64,000 bases of DNA from Ylistrum balloti (Eukaryota). The stretch spans positions 908,070 through 972,069 of the forward strand of contig NW_026782006.1 of assembly GCF_031769215.1 (NCBI RefSeq), written 5' to 3'. The notes under the pieces were generated by a model. It was not told the DNA's origin. It ran no database searches and saw only the letters and a program-made list of their open reading frames with translations. The translations under genes and the position numbers were made by a program. Below are positions 38,801-45,990 of the stretch, piece after piece (the first letter of the stretch is position 1; each line of letters begins with the position of its first letter).

Positions 38801-41800
38801 GCACTTGCAAAATAGATTCCGGCTCCTAACATTCCGGCATCTGTCCTCTTCCCTCCAAAGTCATCCACAACAACCTTTGGCATCAGAAGACCCCTTGGGA
38901 ACCCAATATAATCATACTGATACAAATTAAACTTTCAGGACACAGAGTCCACCCCCTTCATTCACTTGTCCAGATTTGAGTGGGAACAAAATAAAACTTT
39001 ATCAGTTTTCAAAACATTTCCTCATGTTGTCTTAAATACCACCAAACAAATACAGACATTAATAGAGAATATCTCCATCTGTTACCAAAAGGAAGTCTGA
39101 TGTTGGATTGTCTACGACTGTCATGTACTGTAACAGGGGGTCCAAGTTATGTGTTAAGTCCAGTGCAGATGTTCCATACATTAGGCTTGTTCCCAGAGTA
39201 TATCATTAACTACAGTAAAGTATAAACACTTTGGTGATGAGCTTACCTAGACAAAATCCCAACCAGTAAAGTATAAACACTTTGGTGATGAGCTTACCTA
39301 GACAAAATCCCAACCAGTAAAGTATAAACACTTTGGTGATGAGCTTACCTAGACAAAATCCCAACCAGTAAAGTATAAACACTTAGGTGATGAGCTTACC
39401 TAGACAAAATCCCAACCAGTTAAGTATAAACACTTTGGTGATGAGCTTACCTAGACAAAATCCCAACCAGTAAAGTTTAAACACTTTGGTGATGAGCTTA
39501 CCTAGACAAAATCCCAACCAGTAAAGTATAAACACTTTGGTGATGAGCTTACCTAGACAAAATCCCAACCAGTAAAGTATAAACACTTAGGTGATGAGCT
39601 TACCTAGACAAAATCCCAACCAGTAAAGTATAAACACTTTGGTGATGAGCTTACCTAGACAAAATCCCAACCAGTAAAGTTTAAACACTTTGGTGATGAG
39701 CTTACCTAGACAAAATCCCAACCAGTAAAGTATAAACACTTTGGTGATGAGCTTACCTAGACAAAATCCCAACCAGTAAAGTATAAACACTTAGGTGATG
39801 AGCTTACCTAGACAAAATCCCAACCAGTAAAGTATAAACACTTTGGTGATGAGCTTACCTAGACAAAATCCCAACCAGTAAAGTTTAAACACTTTGGTGA
39901 TGAGCTTACCTAGACAAAATCCCAACCAGTAAAGTATAAACACTTTGGTGATGAGCTTACCTAGACAAAATCCCAACCAGTAAAGTATAAACACTTAGGT
40001 GATGAGCTTACCTAGACAAAATCCCAACCAGTAAAGTTTAAACACTTTGGTGATGAGCTTACCTAGACAAAATCCCAACAAAGTTGTTTGGTTTTGAAGC
40101 ATGAAACAGGAGATTCTGACCAAATAGTTCCTTGGTAAAGTTATCCTCTTCCATCTGTCTTTGTACCTCAAACACGTTAATTATGTTCAGTCTGGTGTTC
40201 CTAATGTACAGAAAATAGAAAAGTTTGATTACTTTGTTTACAACCAACAAGTGGTAGGAGCATGTTCAGATCACAACATGTTCTTTCTATATGTATCATA
40301 AAAAATTCAGATTACTTCACCTAAAATAACCCATACTTTGAATAACGAGCCCATTAAAACAGATCACAACCAGTCTACAATGTTCACAGCTTCACTTTTA
40401 TTGTCATAGACCACTTCTACTTAGAAGCAAGTTTACATTTAACGCTATAAACTTGTCACCAGTAAATGTAACTGCTTCTGCAATCATTGATTTCAACAAC
40501 TTTTGTTTGTAAAGAGTTGCTTACACCAATTTTATGTGTTTCCAAAATGTAATTAGTAGTAAAATAAAGAGTAAAACTGATCCTGAATCTATTTGCTAAA
40601 AGTAAAATAAAGAGCAAAGCTGATCCTGAGTCTATTTGCTAAAAGTAAAATAAAGAGTAAAACTGATCCTGAATCTATTTGCTAAAAGTAAAATAAAGAG
40701 TAAAACTGATCCTGAATCTATTTGCTAAAAGTAAAATAAAGAGCAAAGCTGATCCTGAATCTATTAGCTAAAAGTAAAATAAAGAGCAAAACTGATCCTG
40801 AATCTATTTGCTAAAAGTAAAATAAAGAGCAAAGCTGATCCTGAATCTATTAGCTAAAAGTAAAATAAAGAGTAAAACTGATCCTGAATCTATTTGCTAA
40901 AAGTAAAATAAAGAGCAAAGCTGATCCTGAATCTATTAGCTAAAAGTAAAATAAAGAGTAAAACTGATCCTGAATCTATTTGCTAAAAGTAAAATAAAGA
41001 GCAAAGCTGATCCTGAATCTATTAGCTAAAAGTAAAATAAAGAGTAAAACTGATCCTGAATCTATTAGCTAAAAGTAAAATAAAGAGTAAAACTGATCCT
41101 GAATCTATTTGCTAAAAGTAAAATAAAGAGTAAAACTGATCCTGAATCTATTTGCTAAAAGTAAAATAAAGAGTAACGCTGATCCTGAATCTATTAGCTA
41201 AAAGTAAAATAAAGAGTAAAATTGAACCTGAATCTATTTGCTAAAAGTAAAATAAAGAGCAAAGCTGATCCTGAATCTATTTGCTAAAAGTAAAATAAAG
41301 AGCAAAGCTGACCCTGAATTTATTTGCTAAAAGTAAAATATAGAGCAAAGCTGATCCTGAATCTATTTGCTAAAAGTAAAATAACGACCAAAGCTGATCC
41401 TGAGTCTATTTGCTAAAAGTAAAATAAAGAGCAAAGCTGATCCTGAATCTATTTGCTAGAAGTAAAATAAAGAGTAAAGCTGACCCTGAATCTATTTGCT
41501 AAAAGTAAAATATAGAGCAAAGCTGATCCTGAATCTATTTGCTAAAAGTAAAATAACGACCAAAGCTGATCCTGAATCTATTAACTAAAAGTAAAATAAA
41601 GAGCAAAACTGATCCTGAATCTATTTGCTAGAAGTAAAATAAAGAGTAAAGCTGATCCTGAATCTATTAGCTAAAAGTAAAATAAAGAGCAAAGCTGATC
41701 CTGAGTCTATTTGCTAAAAGTAAGATAAAGAGCAAAGCTGATCCTGAATCTATTTGCTAAAAGTAAAATAAAGAGCAAAACTGATCCTGAATCTATTTGC

Positions 41801-44800
41801 TAAAAGTAAAATAAAGAGCAAAACTGATCCTGAGTCTATTTGCTTAAAGTAAAATAAAGAGTAAAGCTGATCCTGAATCTATTTGCTAAAAGTAAAATAA
41901 AGATTAAAGCTAAGTGATTCTGAATCTATTTGCTAAAGGTAGTACTATAGACAGAGGCATACTTACCCCTCCATAGACTTGTTGATGAGGGCCTTCACTG
42001 TCTTGTATACGTGATGATCAGGGCCTCTGTGATCTATCTGGCACCTAAGAGCCCTGTACTTGGACTCAGTTGATCCTCGCAGTGACCAGCCAGTGGCTTC
42101 ACTGACTGTCAGCATGTCCTTCATCACCTACCAAACATTTACAGAAAAACCTGGTTAATAGGAAATTATTTATTGCCAAAATTTTCTTCTCTTGGATTTG
42201 CAGAAACCCAAAGAGGGCTAAAAGAGTCTGTATCATTCACCTTCTTTTCAGGAACAGCCTACACATGACTGCTGTAAACCTCAAACAATGCAATAACCTT
42301 AAAGTGAGATGATGTCATACTTCATATGATTTAATCTGCTCAGCATCAGTGAAATAATTATACATACCTGACAAATATCTTGCTCGCAAGACAACCAGGA
42401 GTTGTTTACACTGCTGACAGACACCTTGGTATTGTGTGGAAGGGCAGAGTAATAATCATCAAGGACAGATTGCTTGTCCTCTGGTTGACCTCTCAGCTTC
42501 ATTAACAATGCTTCAGCCTTCTCAATCTAAAACAACCATACAAAGTATTCCCCATGGTAATAAGTTCAATGTAAGGACCACAACAAACACTCATGGTTTC
42601 TTACCTCAACTTGTTATTGACTCATTTCACTAAAAAACATTGATTGCCATATCAGCTTGAAGAAGGTAAAATCGACTGAGAGATTGACGTTAAGACTAGT
42701 GTAATCTGAAGAACTGCAGTAAGTTATCTAAATCACAATTTGTGAATACTTTCAGGATATAATACATCTTTTCATGGAACAGAGAAGTTACAGCATGTTC
42801 GCCTTTTTATGTTATTTTTCAGCTATATACCACAATACGTTATCATCTTGATGTTGTGCTTGGATAACATTGACCTGTTCTAGTTTGACAGAGCTCGGTG
42901 AGGTCAAGGTGTCCGACAGGTCTGAATATGCTTCCTTCCATATTCCCTCCACCAATTCACAGACAGGGGTGGATAACTCTGCTTTCTCCAGTCCAAATGA
43001 GACCATCACCTGTTCAGGAAAACTTCATGTGAACATTCACATTCTGTGATATGAATTTTACTTTGATAACAGAAGTCCTTACGCAAAGCTGATGTAAGTT
43101 AAAGTTTCAATTTTAAACATAGAATAGACATCCTCGATAATGCAAGAAATAAAATCACTACCACTTTCTGCACTCCTGGAGTATTTTACGGCAAAATTGA
43201 AAGCATACATGAGGTAATTTGATTGGTCTAGAGAAAGTTTCATGAGGAAAAAAACTGACAAATCACAAACTGATACGCTCCTTTGAATCTTACAAAGGAG
43301 CGACATCAAACTTCTAAGCCAGTACAACATACGTTAATGTGACCTTGAGATTCATTTTATGTACAGTATAAAATCTGTATTCTTGTCTTATCCACATGGT
43401 ACAGTACATGGGGAACCTTCGGTTTTTCAATAAGATGTTTCAGGGGTTCAGAGAGCAACAGTGATCCCTGGAGTACCAAGGAGGATGTAAAATAGAGATC
43501 CAAACACTTACTGGTTTAATTTTTTTTAGTTCAAATATTAGCTGACCTTTTGAAAATTCAAGGTGCCTACTCCCCTTGGTGGTGCATCATGGGAGACCTC
43601 CATTAGGTTTGGGTGGTCTGTCTCCTGTTTGTACAGGAAACTGTACATCTTTGTGGCTTCCTCCGAAGTCTCAACATAATAACACTCCATTTTTTCAGGT
43701 TTTCCTTCCTATGGAGAAAGTTATGAAGTTTAATGAACAATATCCTTTTTATATCAACATCATAAAAAAAAACTTGGCATACAGGACATTTATTTTATCA
43801 AAAACATTAACTTCAACTTTCCAATATGAAAAATATATACATAAAAATGTACCTGTATATTTTTAAGGTTTCCATGGTGTTTGGACACCCTGAATCTGTG
43901 AATTTGTCGAGGCAGAAGATCACATTCTTCTGTAACATGAACTTCAAGCACACAGAAAAATGTTCGTCCTGCACTCTTCACATATTTCTGCAATACAAAC
44001 CATACAAAATAATTAAAGAAAAAGATTGAGTTTTCCTACAGAATTTGAGTTTGGATCTTGCTTCATTGTACCAACAATTTTCATTGAGTCCATAAATTAT
44101 CATGCATGACCAACAAAATTATTTTTTTGCTATCTTTAATGGAAGAACGATACAGCAAGGAATTTGATAAATAACAGACTCCTATATCCAAGCTGATTCT
44201 ACAACCAGTGATAAAAGTCAACAGGGATCTCTTGTGCTAACATTCTCACCTGTAATACTGCATACTTTGCCACCTGATATTTGGTGTGGTTGAAAATTGG
44301 AGTGTGTTTTTCCTGTAGCGGCCATGCCTTCACTCCCGCTGGATAGAAGTATGACTTCCTCCTCTTACCAAGTATCTGGTACTTTGTAGCTATTACAAAT
44401 AATTTATCATTGGCTTAAGTGTACATATTTACTTCCACAAAAATTTGAGATCTGATCAATGCATTTATTAATACAATTATTACAGAACAAGGAAACTGTA
44501 TTTGTTTATGATTTCAATGAACAGTAATATGTATGCCTGGGCTTATTACCATGCTTATTTTCTGATAAATTAGGAAATAAATTGATCTTAATAGTGTATT
44601 TTTGTGTACTTGTTTAAGTATTCCATGCCATGGCTTCTATGCTGTATGAAATACATCTACAACAGTGAATCATTAGTTGTAGCAGACACCCCTAGGTAAA
44701 CAACATGTTTCATCAACCTCACCTGCAATTTTACCAGAGCCAAGTTTCTGAGACGTTGATTTGCCAACCATTAAGTAATCATCAGAACTGAGTAGTCTCC

Positions 44801-45463
44801 CTTTATCCACACAGTCATACAGGAAAGAGATGGATACAACAGGAATGCCGTACTTCTGGGCCATCTTACACTTGTAGCTAAAGTCTGTTTTGGCAGGATC
44901 ATTGCATACAACATGAGTACTCTAGAAACAATAAATAAATTTCATAATTCAGTTTAAATCTGAAACTTATTTTTACTCCTAATTAGCATATTTATGTTGA
45001 TAACATCTTGATGTCAATGAAGATATCATGAAAAAAGTTCATTTTAATTTGGACTACAAGTAAACCTTTATATGCTGAGATGCCAACCTGAACACATTAA
45101 TCTATGATGACATTCCGTTATCATTTACAAATCAGTCATCTATGTTTTACTAAAAAATAAGATGATATGATTTAATAAATCTAGTTTCTAAATAATCTAT
45201 CATGTACTTAGTCATGAATAATGAAAAAGCTGTTAATAAGTGATAAATCTACACAGACTATAAACAATTGAATACTGACAGAATTCAACAATTTAAGTAA
45301 GTTGTTCTTTTTCTGCTTGAAAGATCCCTACCTTCTTTGTGACAATGTAGGAAACAACACCATCATTTTCTGTTATCTTCTTTCGGATTTCCTGTTTCTT
45401 TTTGAAACTGACACTAGTTGTCAGATCAAGGACAACATGACAACCACGAAATACTGTTGTCAT
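20576..45463 (-). CDS. PARP4: PARP4-like gene (vault-type poly(ADP-ribose) polymerase: BRCT, PARP catalytic, VIT and vWA domains), CDS span, 27 exons modelled
   Basis: Chain of GT-AG exons with consistent reading phase; translated exons align motif by motif with human PARP4 recalled from memory (LLxHxS...NxVGIL, GIYFA, E-Y-V-VY, KYxFPLDxxAAVCGFEAxINxKHxVGExKEKE, VxIKITYxTEL, DxSxS MIDAS motif, RVFxFG, TSFxAVEKRD). Confidence 0.85.
21204..21305 (-). CDS. PARP4: PARP4 exon 26 RMKMDMKDYIIRLSKEFSIVTQLTSFIAVEKRDK
   Basis: Acceptor ctttcaccttgacag|, donor AAG|gtttga; human LIIKLSKENSLITQFTSFVAVEKRDENE. Confidence 0.8.
21508..21588 (-). CDS. PARP4: PARP4 exon 25 ILHQLAAKAIIRDWEDGLLSSDGLNQQ (alternative upstream acceptor at 21674 would add ...TNMITNTSQGVESPLSLTLFMLRQ but breaks the phase)
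   Basis: Phase-0 acceptor ctttatttatgttacgacag|, donor CAG|gtgaga; human IHKLAARALIRDYEDGIL. Confidence 0.6.
21759..21839 (-). CDS. PARP4: PARP4 exon 24 ATLTAEIGDQEISAVVTKSDRYVSKGK
   Basis: Acceptor tattacttcacag|, donor AAG|gtaaaa; only open frame; 81 bp, phase 0. Confidence 0.6.
22562..22729 (-). CDS. PARP4: PARP4 exon 23 VKSQIAKAGQPGLTSVAVSWQQEYGAPPPKQAPNQITAVFSGSRIVVYGFVQNCAS
   Basis: Acceptor gttctcggattttccaag|, donor AGC|gtaagt; human SVSVKWQQ...LLVYGF. Confidence 0.8.
23298..23397 (-). CDS. PARP4: PARP4 exon 22 SSMMNRHVLGALARVGAGVFEGFDSKAKSKWEEK
   Basis: Acceptor ctatttattacag|, donor AAG|gtaaaa; human NRHVLRILSQCGAGVFEYFNAKSKHSWRKQ. Confidence 0.85.
23900..24087 (-). CDS. PARP4: PARP4 exon 21 (vWA) SVDANMGNTDLYRPLHSFYLLKPESALRNIFLVSDGHINNQDITMDTVHKNSQHTRVFTFGV
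   Basis: Acceptor tttatcattacag|, donor AG|gtatgt; human MGNTDFWKTL...NILLVSDGH...HTRLFACGIG. Confidence 0.85.
24190..24602. repeat. 59-bp minisatellite (cctgtaatatcccttatcatcattaattaccgctaaataacaattatttctaataaatt), 7 copies, PARP4 intron 20
   Basis: Perfect tandem periodicity. Confidence 0.95.
24708..24781 (-). CDS. PARP4: PARP4 exon 20 AFRELFPSSQPKNKSSVSTAEVLIQ
   Basis: Acceptor tgtctgttgtcttcatcag|, donor CAG|gtcagt; phases 1 to 0 link exons 19 and 21. Confidence 0.7.
25000..25186 (-). CDS. PARP4: PARP4 exon 19 (vWA MIDAS) ACMLTFYPEFEACEDNESEVILMLDLSNSMTDKGLNEAKKILLLILHFLPKTWKFNVVIFGT
   Basis: Acceptor cctag| right after an in-frame TAG, donor G|gtaagt; DxSxS MIDAS motif; human ACMLVFQPDL...IICLDCSSSM. 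Confidence 0.85.
25187..26105. repeat. 33-35-bp minisatellite (caggcctaggataaa[a]cagtacaatgtcaacata), about 27 copies, starting inside the PARP4 exon-19 acceptor
   Basis: Each unit, read on the minus strand, is ttatcctag|gcctgtatgttgac, a copy of the exon-19 acceptor plus its first codons. Confidence 0.9.
26233..26370 (-). CDS. PARP4: PARP4 exon 18 PEQSTVLVVMEPNLNIGDGFQLLLELAEAHVPRMWVEQSEDDPTKQ
   Basis: Acceptor tatattgtag|, donor CAG|gtgaga; matches human SAAYLPRMWVEKHPE. Confidence 0.8.
26985..27845. repeat. 72-bp minisatellite (…ctatgtcgcagtgtaaggctcactcaacagacataactgtgatgatgaagctatacgatgttaacatattat), about 12 copies, PARP4 intron 17
   Basis: Tandem periodicity; array starts within 10 bp of the exon-17 donor. 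Confidence 0.95.
27854..27898 (-). CDS. PARP4: PARP4 exon 17 SIDDKGQVKKIKNGK (45-bp exon)
   Basis: Acceptor ttttattttgtag|, donor AAG|gtaaca; only open frame; phase 0 links exons 16 and 18. Confidence 0.5.
28880..29150. repeat. Two diverged copies of a ~110-bp element (…cctggtggggtt…gtaaggggtcatgag…), PARP4 intron 16
   Basis: Internal duplication seen by eye; probable interspersed-repeat fragment. Confidence 0.5.
29229..29315 (-). CDS. PARP4: PARP4 exon 16 DIECCVEVAVDMPFDIRSVHSPTHEIMIA (5-prime boundary uncertain; frame stays open upstream to ~29398)
   Basis: Acceptor ggttttgtttccttccccaag|, donor GCG|gtatgt; the upstream open frame (...DPWCIFLTVDKTGFVSFPK) also resembles human EKICIKEIGTKQSFSL, but there is no in-phase AG. 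Confidence 0.55.
29540..30000. repeat. About 155-bp unit x3, diverged tandem repeat, PARP4 intron 15
   Basis: Recurring ...caaaatcaaa[gg]g[gc]cacaacta[ag]gg[at]c[ct]aa[ag]g...tttgagaaagatcca... modules. Confidence 0.6.
30150..33335. repeat. 47-bp minisatellite (ggctgtgtatctgtgacttcctgtcaatgtttgtgatagtctgttga), about 67 copies (3.2 kb), PARP4 intron 15
   Basis: Tandem periodicity of 47 bp; a variant subfamily (…gtcacttcctgtcaatgtctgtgatagtatgaaga) fills the last ~1 kb; array ends ~30 bp from the exon-15 donor. Confidence 0.95.
33351..33506 (-). CDS. PARP4: PARP4 exon 15 (VIT) DVFTVSVGNVPANADVVIKITYVTELQVEDDLVSFRLPGTLAPWKKSSQDSN
   Basis: Acceptor ttttcattttcttaacag|, donor AAT|gtaaga; matches human DVFTVSVGNLPPKAKVLIKITYITEL. 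Confidence 0.85.
34358..34496. repeat. Tandem duplication, ~68 bp x2, PARP4 intron 14
   Basis: gattttatc[cg]t[tg]aagtcattaatgcc[ct]ttgtaactg[ag]tacataattt[ag]gattgaacac[tc]ttatagatt twice. Confidence 0.8.
34608..34832 (-). CDS. PARP4: PARP4 exon 14 (VIT) VKVLQHYHNNSEEMLEGKYVFPLDEMAAVCGFEAYINDKHVVGEVKEKETAHQEYKKAISEGHGAYLMDQDEESP
   Basis: Acceptor ccttaaccttgtcag|, donor CCG|gtatgt; near-identical motif run to human PARP4 VIT (AKYIFPLDDKAAVCGFEAFINGKHIVGEIKEKEEAQQEY...QGHGAYLM). Confidence 0.9.
35035..35760. repeat. 38-bp minisatellite (ctatgtcaaggtcacaattacctactgttacaattaca), about 19 copies, PARP4 intron 13
   Basis: Tandem periodicity; unit is itself two ~19-bp half-repeats (gt[ct]acaattac). 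Confidence 0.95.
36352..36488 (-). CDS. PARP4: PARP4 exon 13 NLADVKDVLDPMTKVKSGLVADGKDINPVELTSVNVFGKLKDLVAE
   Basis: Acceptor tccttgtttcag|, donor GAG|gtattt; phase 1 in matches exon 12. Confidence 0.8.
36866..37022 (-). CDS. PARP4: PARP4 exon 12 EDEYVVYSQNQQKMCYLVEFTIGSETPIPMEIVPTDNSVDTYTDSTTKMDKI
   Basis: Acceptor tatttatgttttag|, donor A|gtatgt; catalytic Glu motif E-Y-V-VY (human DDEFVVYK). Confidence 0.85.
37294..37477 (-). CDS. PARP4: PARP4 exon 11 STSVKYSQVSKSRGTRMMLVNKVALGKCMDLYTHDKTLEHAPDGYSSVHGVASTSNKASDFT
   Basis: Acceptor ttattgtattgtttttccag|, donor ACG|gtaaga; matches human PARP4 VALGKCMDLHEKDFSLTEAPPGYDSVHGVS. Confidence 0.85.
37529..38535. repeat. 31-bp minisatellite (gtgtgagataagtaattatctc[gca]t[tg]gttata), about 32 copies, PARP4 intron 10; each unit has an inverted repeat gagataa-gtaa-ttatctc with two opposed AGATAA (GATA-type) motifs
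   Basis: Tandem periodicity of 31 bp; the palindrome is seen directly. Confidence 0.95.
38795..38893 (-). CDS. PARP4: PARP4 exon 10 GLLMPKVVVDDFGGKRTDAGMLGAGIYFASAA
   Basis: Acceptor gggttcccaag|, donor AAG|gtaaga; GIYFA catalytic Tyr motif; phases 2 to 2 fit the neighbouring exons. Confidence 0.85.
39216..40062. repeat. 51-bp minisatellite (agtaaagtataaacactttggtgatgagcttacctagacaaaatcccaacc), about 17 copies, abutting the PARP4 exon-9 donor; every unit carries a copy of that donor
   Basis: Minus-strand reading of each unit is ACTGGTTGGGATTTTGTCTAG|gtaagctcatcacc; the true exon end is CAACTTTGTTGGGATTTTGTCTAG|gtaagctcatcacc. Confidence 0.95.
40063..40200 (-). CDS. PARP4: PARP4 exon 9 (PARP signature) NTRLNIINVFEVQRQMEEDNFTKELFGQNLLFHASKPNNFVGILSR
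   Basis: Acceptor ttttctattttctgtacattag|, donor CTAG|gtaagc; LLFHASKPNNFVGILSRG matches the PARP LLWHGSRTTNFAGILSQG block (H-A-S variant). Confidence 0.85.
40553..41940. repeat. 43-bp minisatellite (tttgctaaaagtaaaataaagag[tc]aaa[ag]ctgatcctgaatcta), about 32 copies, PARP4 intron 8
   Basis: Tandem periodicity; ends ~27 bp from the exon-8 donor. Confidence 0.95.
41967..42127 (-). CDS. PARP4: PARP4 exon 8 VMKDMLTVSEATGWSLRGSTESKYRALRCQIDHRGPDHHVYKTVKALINKSMEG
   Basis: Acceptor aaatgtttggtag|, donor GG|gtaagt; aligns to human AKYRALRCKIEHVEQNTEEF. Confidence 0.8.
42368..42526 (-). CDS. PARP4: PARP4 exon 7 IEKAEALLMKLRGQPEDKQSVLDDYYSALPHNTKVSVSSVNNSWLSCEQDICQ
   Basis: Acceptor tatggttgttttag|, donor CAG|gtatgt; PARP regulatory helical domain. 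Confidence 0.8.
42839..43009 (-). CDS. PARP4: PARP4 exon 6 VMVSFGLEKAELSTPVCELVEGIWKEAYSDLSDTLTSPSSVKLEQVNVIQAQHQDDN
   Basis: Acceptor tttcctgaacag|; donor AAC|gtattg just before an in-frame TAA; aligns to human SDLVEMIWAEA region. Confidence 0.65.
43547..43708 (-). CDS. PARP4: PARP4 exon 5 EGKPEKMECYYVETSEEATKMYSFLYKQETDHPNLMEVSHDAPPRGVGTLNFQK
   Basis: Acceptor aactttctccatag|; donor AAG|gtcagc chosen only to keep phase 0 (weak donor, 3-prime boundary uncertain). Confidence 0.55.
43843..43977 (-). CDS. PARP4: PARP4 exon 4 KYVKSAGRTFFCVLEVHVTEECDLLPRQIHRFRVSKHHGNLKNIQ
   Basis: Acceptor gtttgtattgcag|, donor CAG|gtacat; 135 bp, phase 0. Confidence 0.7.
44250..44338 (-). CDS. PARP4: PARP4 exon 3 GVKAWPLQEKHTPIFNHTKYQVAKYAVLQ
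   Basis: Acceptor tcatacttctatccag|, donor CAG|gtgaga; phase 1 in matches exon 2 phase 1 out. Confidence 0.6.
44723..44921 (-). CDS. PARP4: PARP4 exon 2 (BRCT) ...STHVVCNDPAKTDFSYKCKMAQKYGIPVVSISFLYDCVDKGRLLSSDDYLMVGKSTSQKLGSGKIA
   Basis: Acceptor ttgtttctag|AGT immediately after an in-frame TAG, donor CAG|gtgagg; BRCT C-terminal motif. Confidence 0.8.
45332..45463 (-). CDS. PARP4: PARP4 exon 1 (start codon) MTTVFRGCHVVLDLTTSVSFKKKQEIRKKITENDGVVSYIVTKK
   Basis: ATG at 45463-45461 with in-frame TAA 14 codons upstream; donor AAG|gtaggg; matches human PARP4 N-terminus (BRCT). Confidence 0.75.
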
Positions 45464-45904
45464 GGTGATATTTGTCTCACTGAGGGCCTCCTCGTCAGTA
45501 CATTAAAGTCTCAGTGACAAATGCTTAGGTGTACACTAACTGCATCTAATGTTTAACCAAACATCGAATGTTTCTCTTTGTATTGTTGATAGGGTAAATC
45601 TGAAAGATAAAGCATGAACTGATGTCAGATGTTCAATATATATCACCACAGTGTTTACTCACATAGAATGACCGATCTTAGCAACAGCTTCCTGAATCTT
45701 CATAATGCTATAAAACCTGCTGTTAAAGTTGATGAATAAAAGGAGTACTTTTCCCAACAACCTGCTTTTGTGAACACTTCCATTATATTTGTTAGTACAG
45801 TACATGACAGATATTATTATAAATACTTAGGAATAGGTTTCATTATGTATGTTTTGTTATCTTTACAGGCACTTGTGTTTATAAAAAAGTTGTATTATAT
45901 TGTA

Positions 45905-45990
45905 ACTCATCTCAATGCCTCCTCTAGGAATCGAACCCGAGAACCCTGGCTCACTAGTCTGACGTCTAACCAATCAAGCTGAAGAGAAGT
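45905..45990 (-). other. tRNA-derived element (tRNA pseudogene or SINE head) with a B-box GGTTCGATTCC and a D-arm-like AGCTTGATTGGTTAGAC
   Basis: B-box consensus and D-loop-like motif on the minus strand; acceptor and T stems do not pair well, so probably not a functional tRNA. Confidence 0.35.

Noticed and set aside
43576-43866. Plus-strand 96-aa ORF overlapping PARP4 exon 5
   Set aside because: It is antisense to a well-supported exon, with low-complexity translation and no homology.
45905-45990. Functional tRNA gene
   Set aside because: B-box present, but acceptor and T stems mispair (3 of 5 T-stem pairs, 5 of 7 acceptor). More likely a SINE head or pseudogene.
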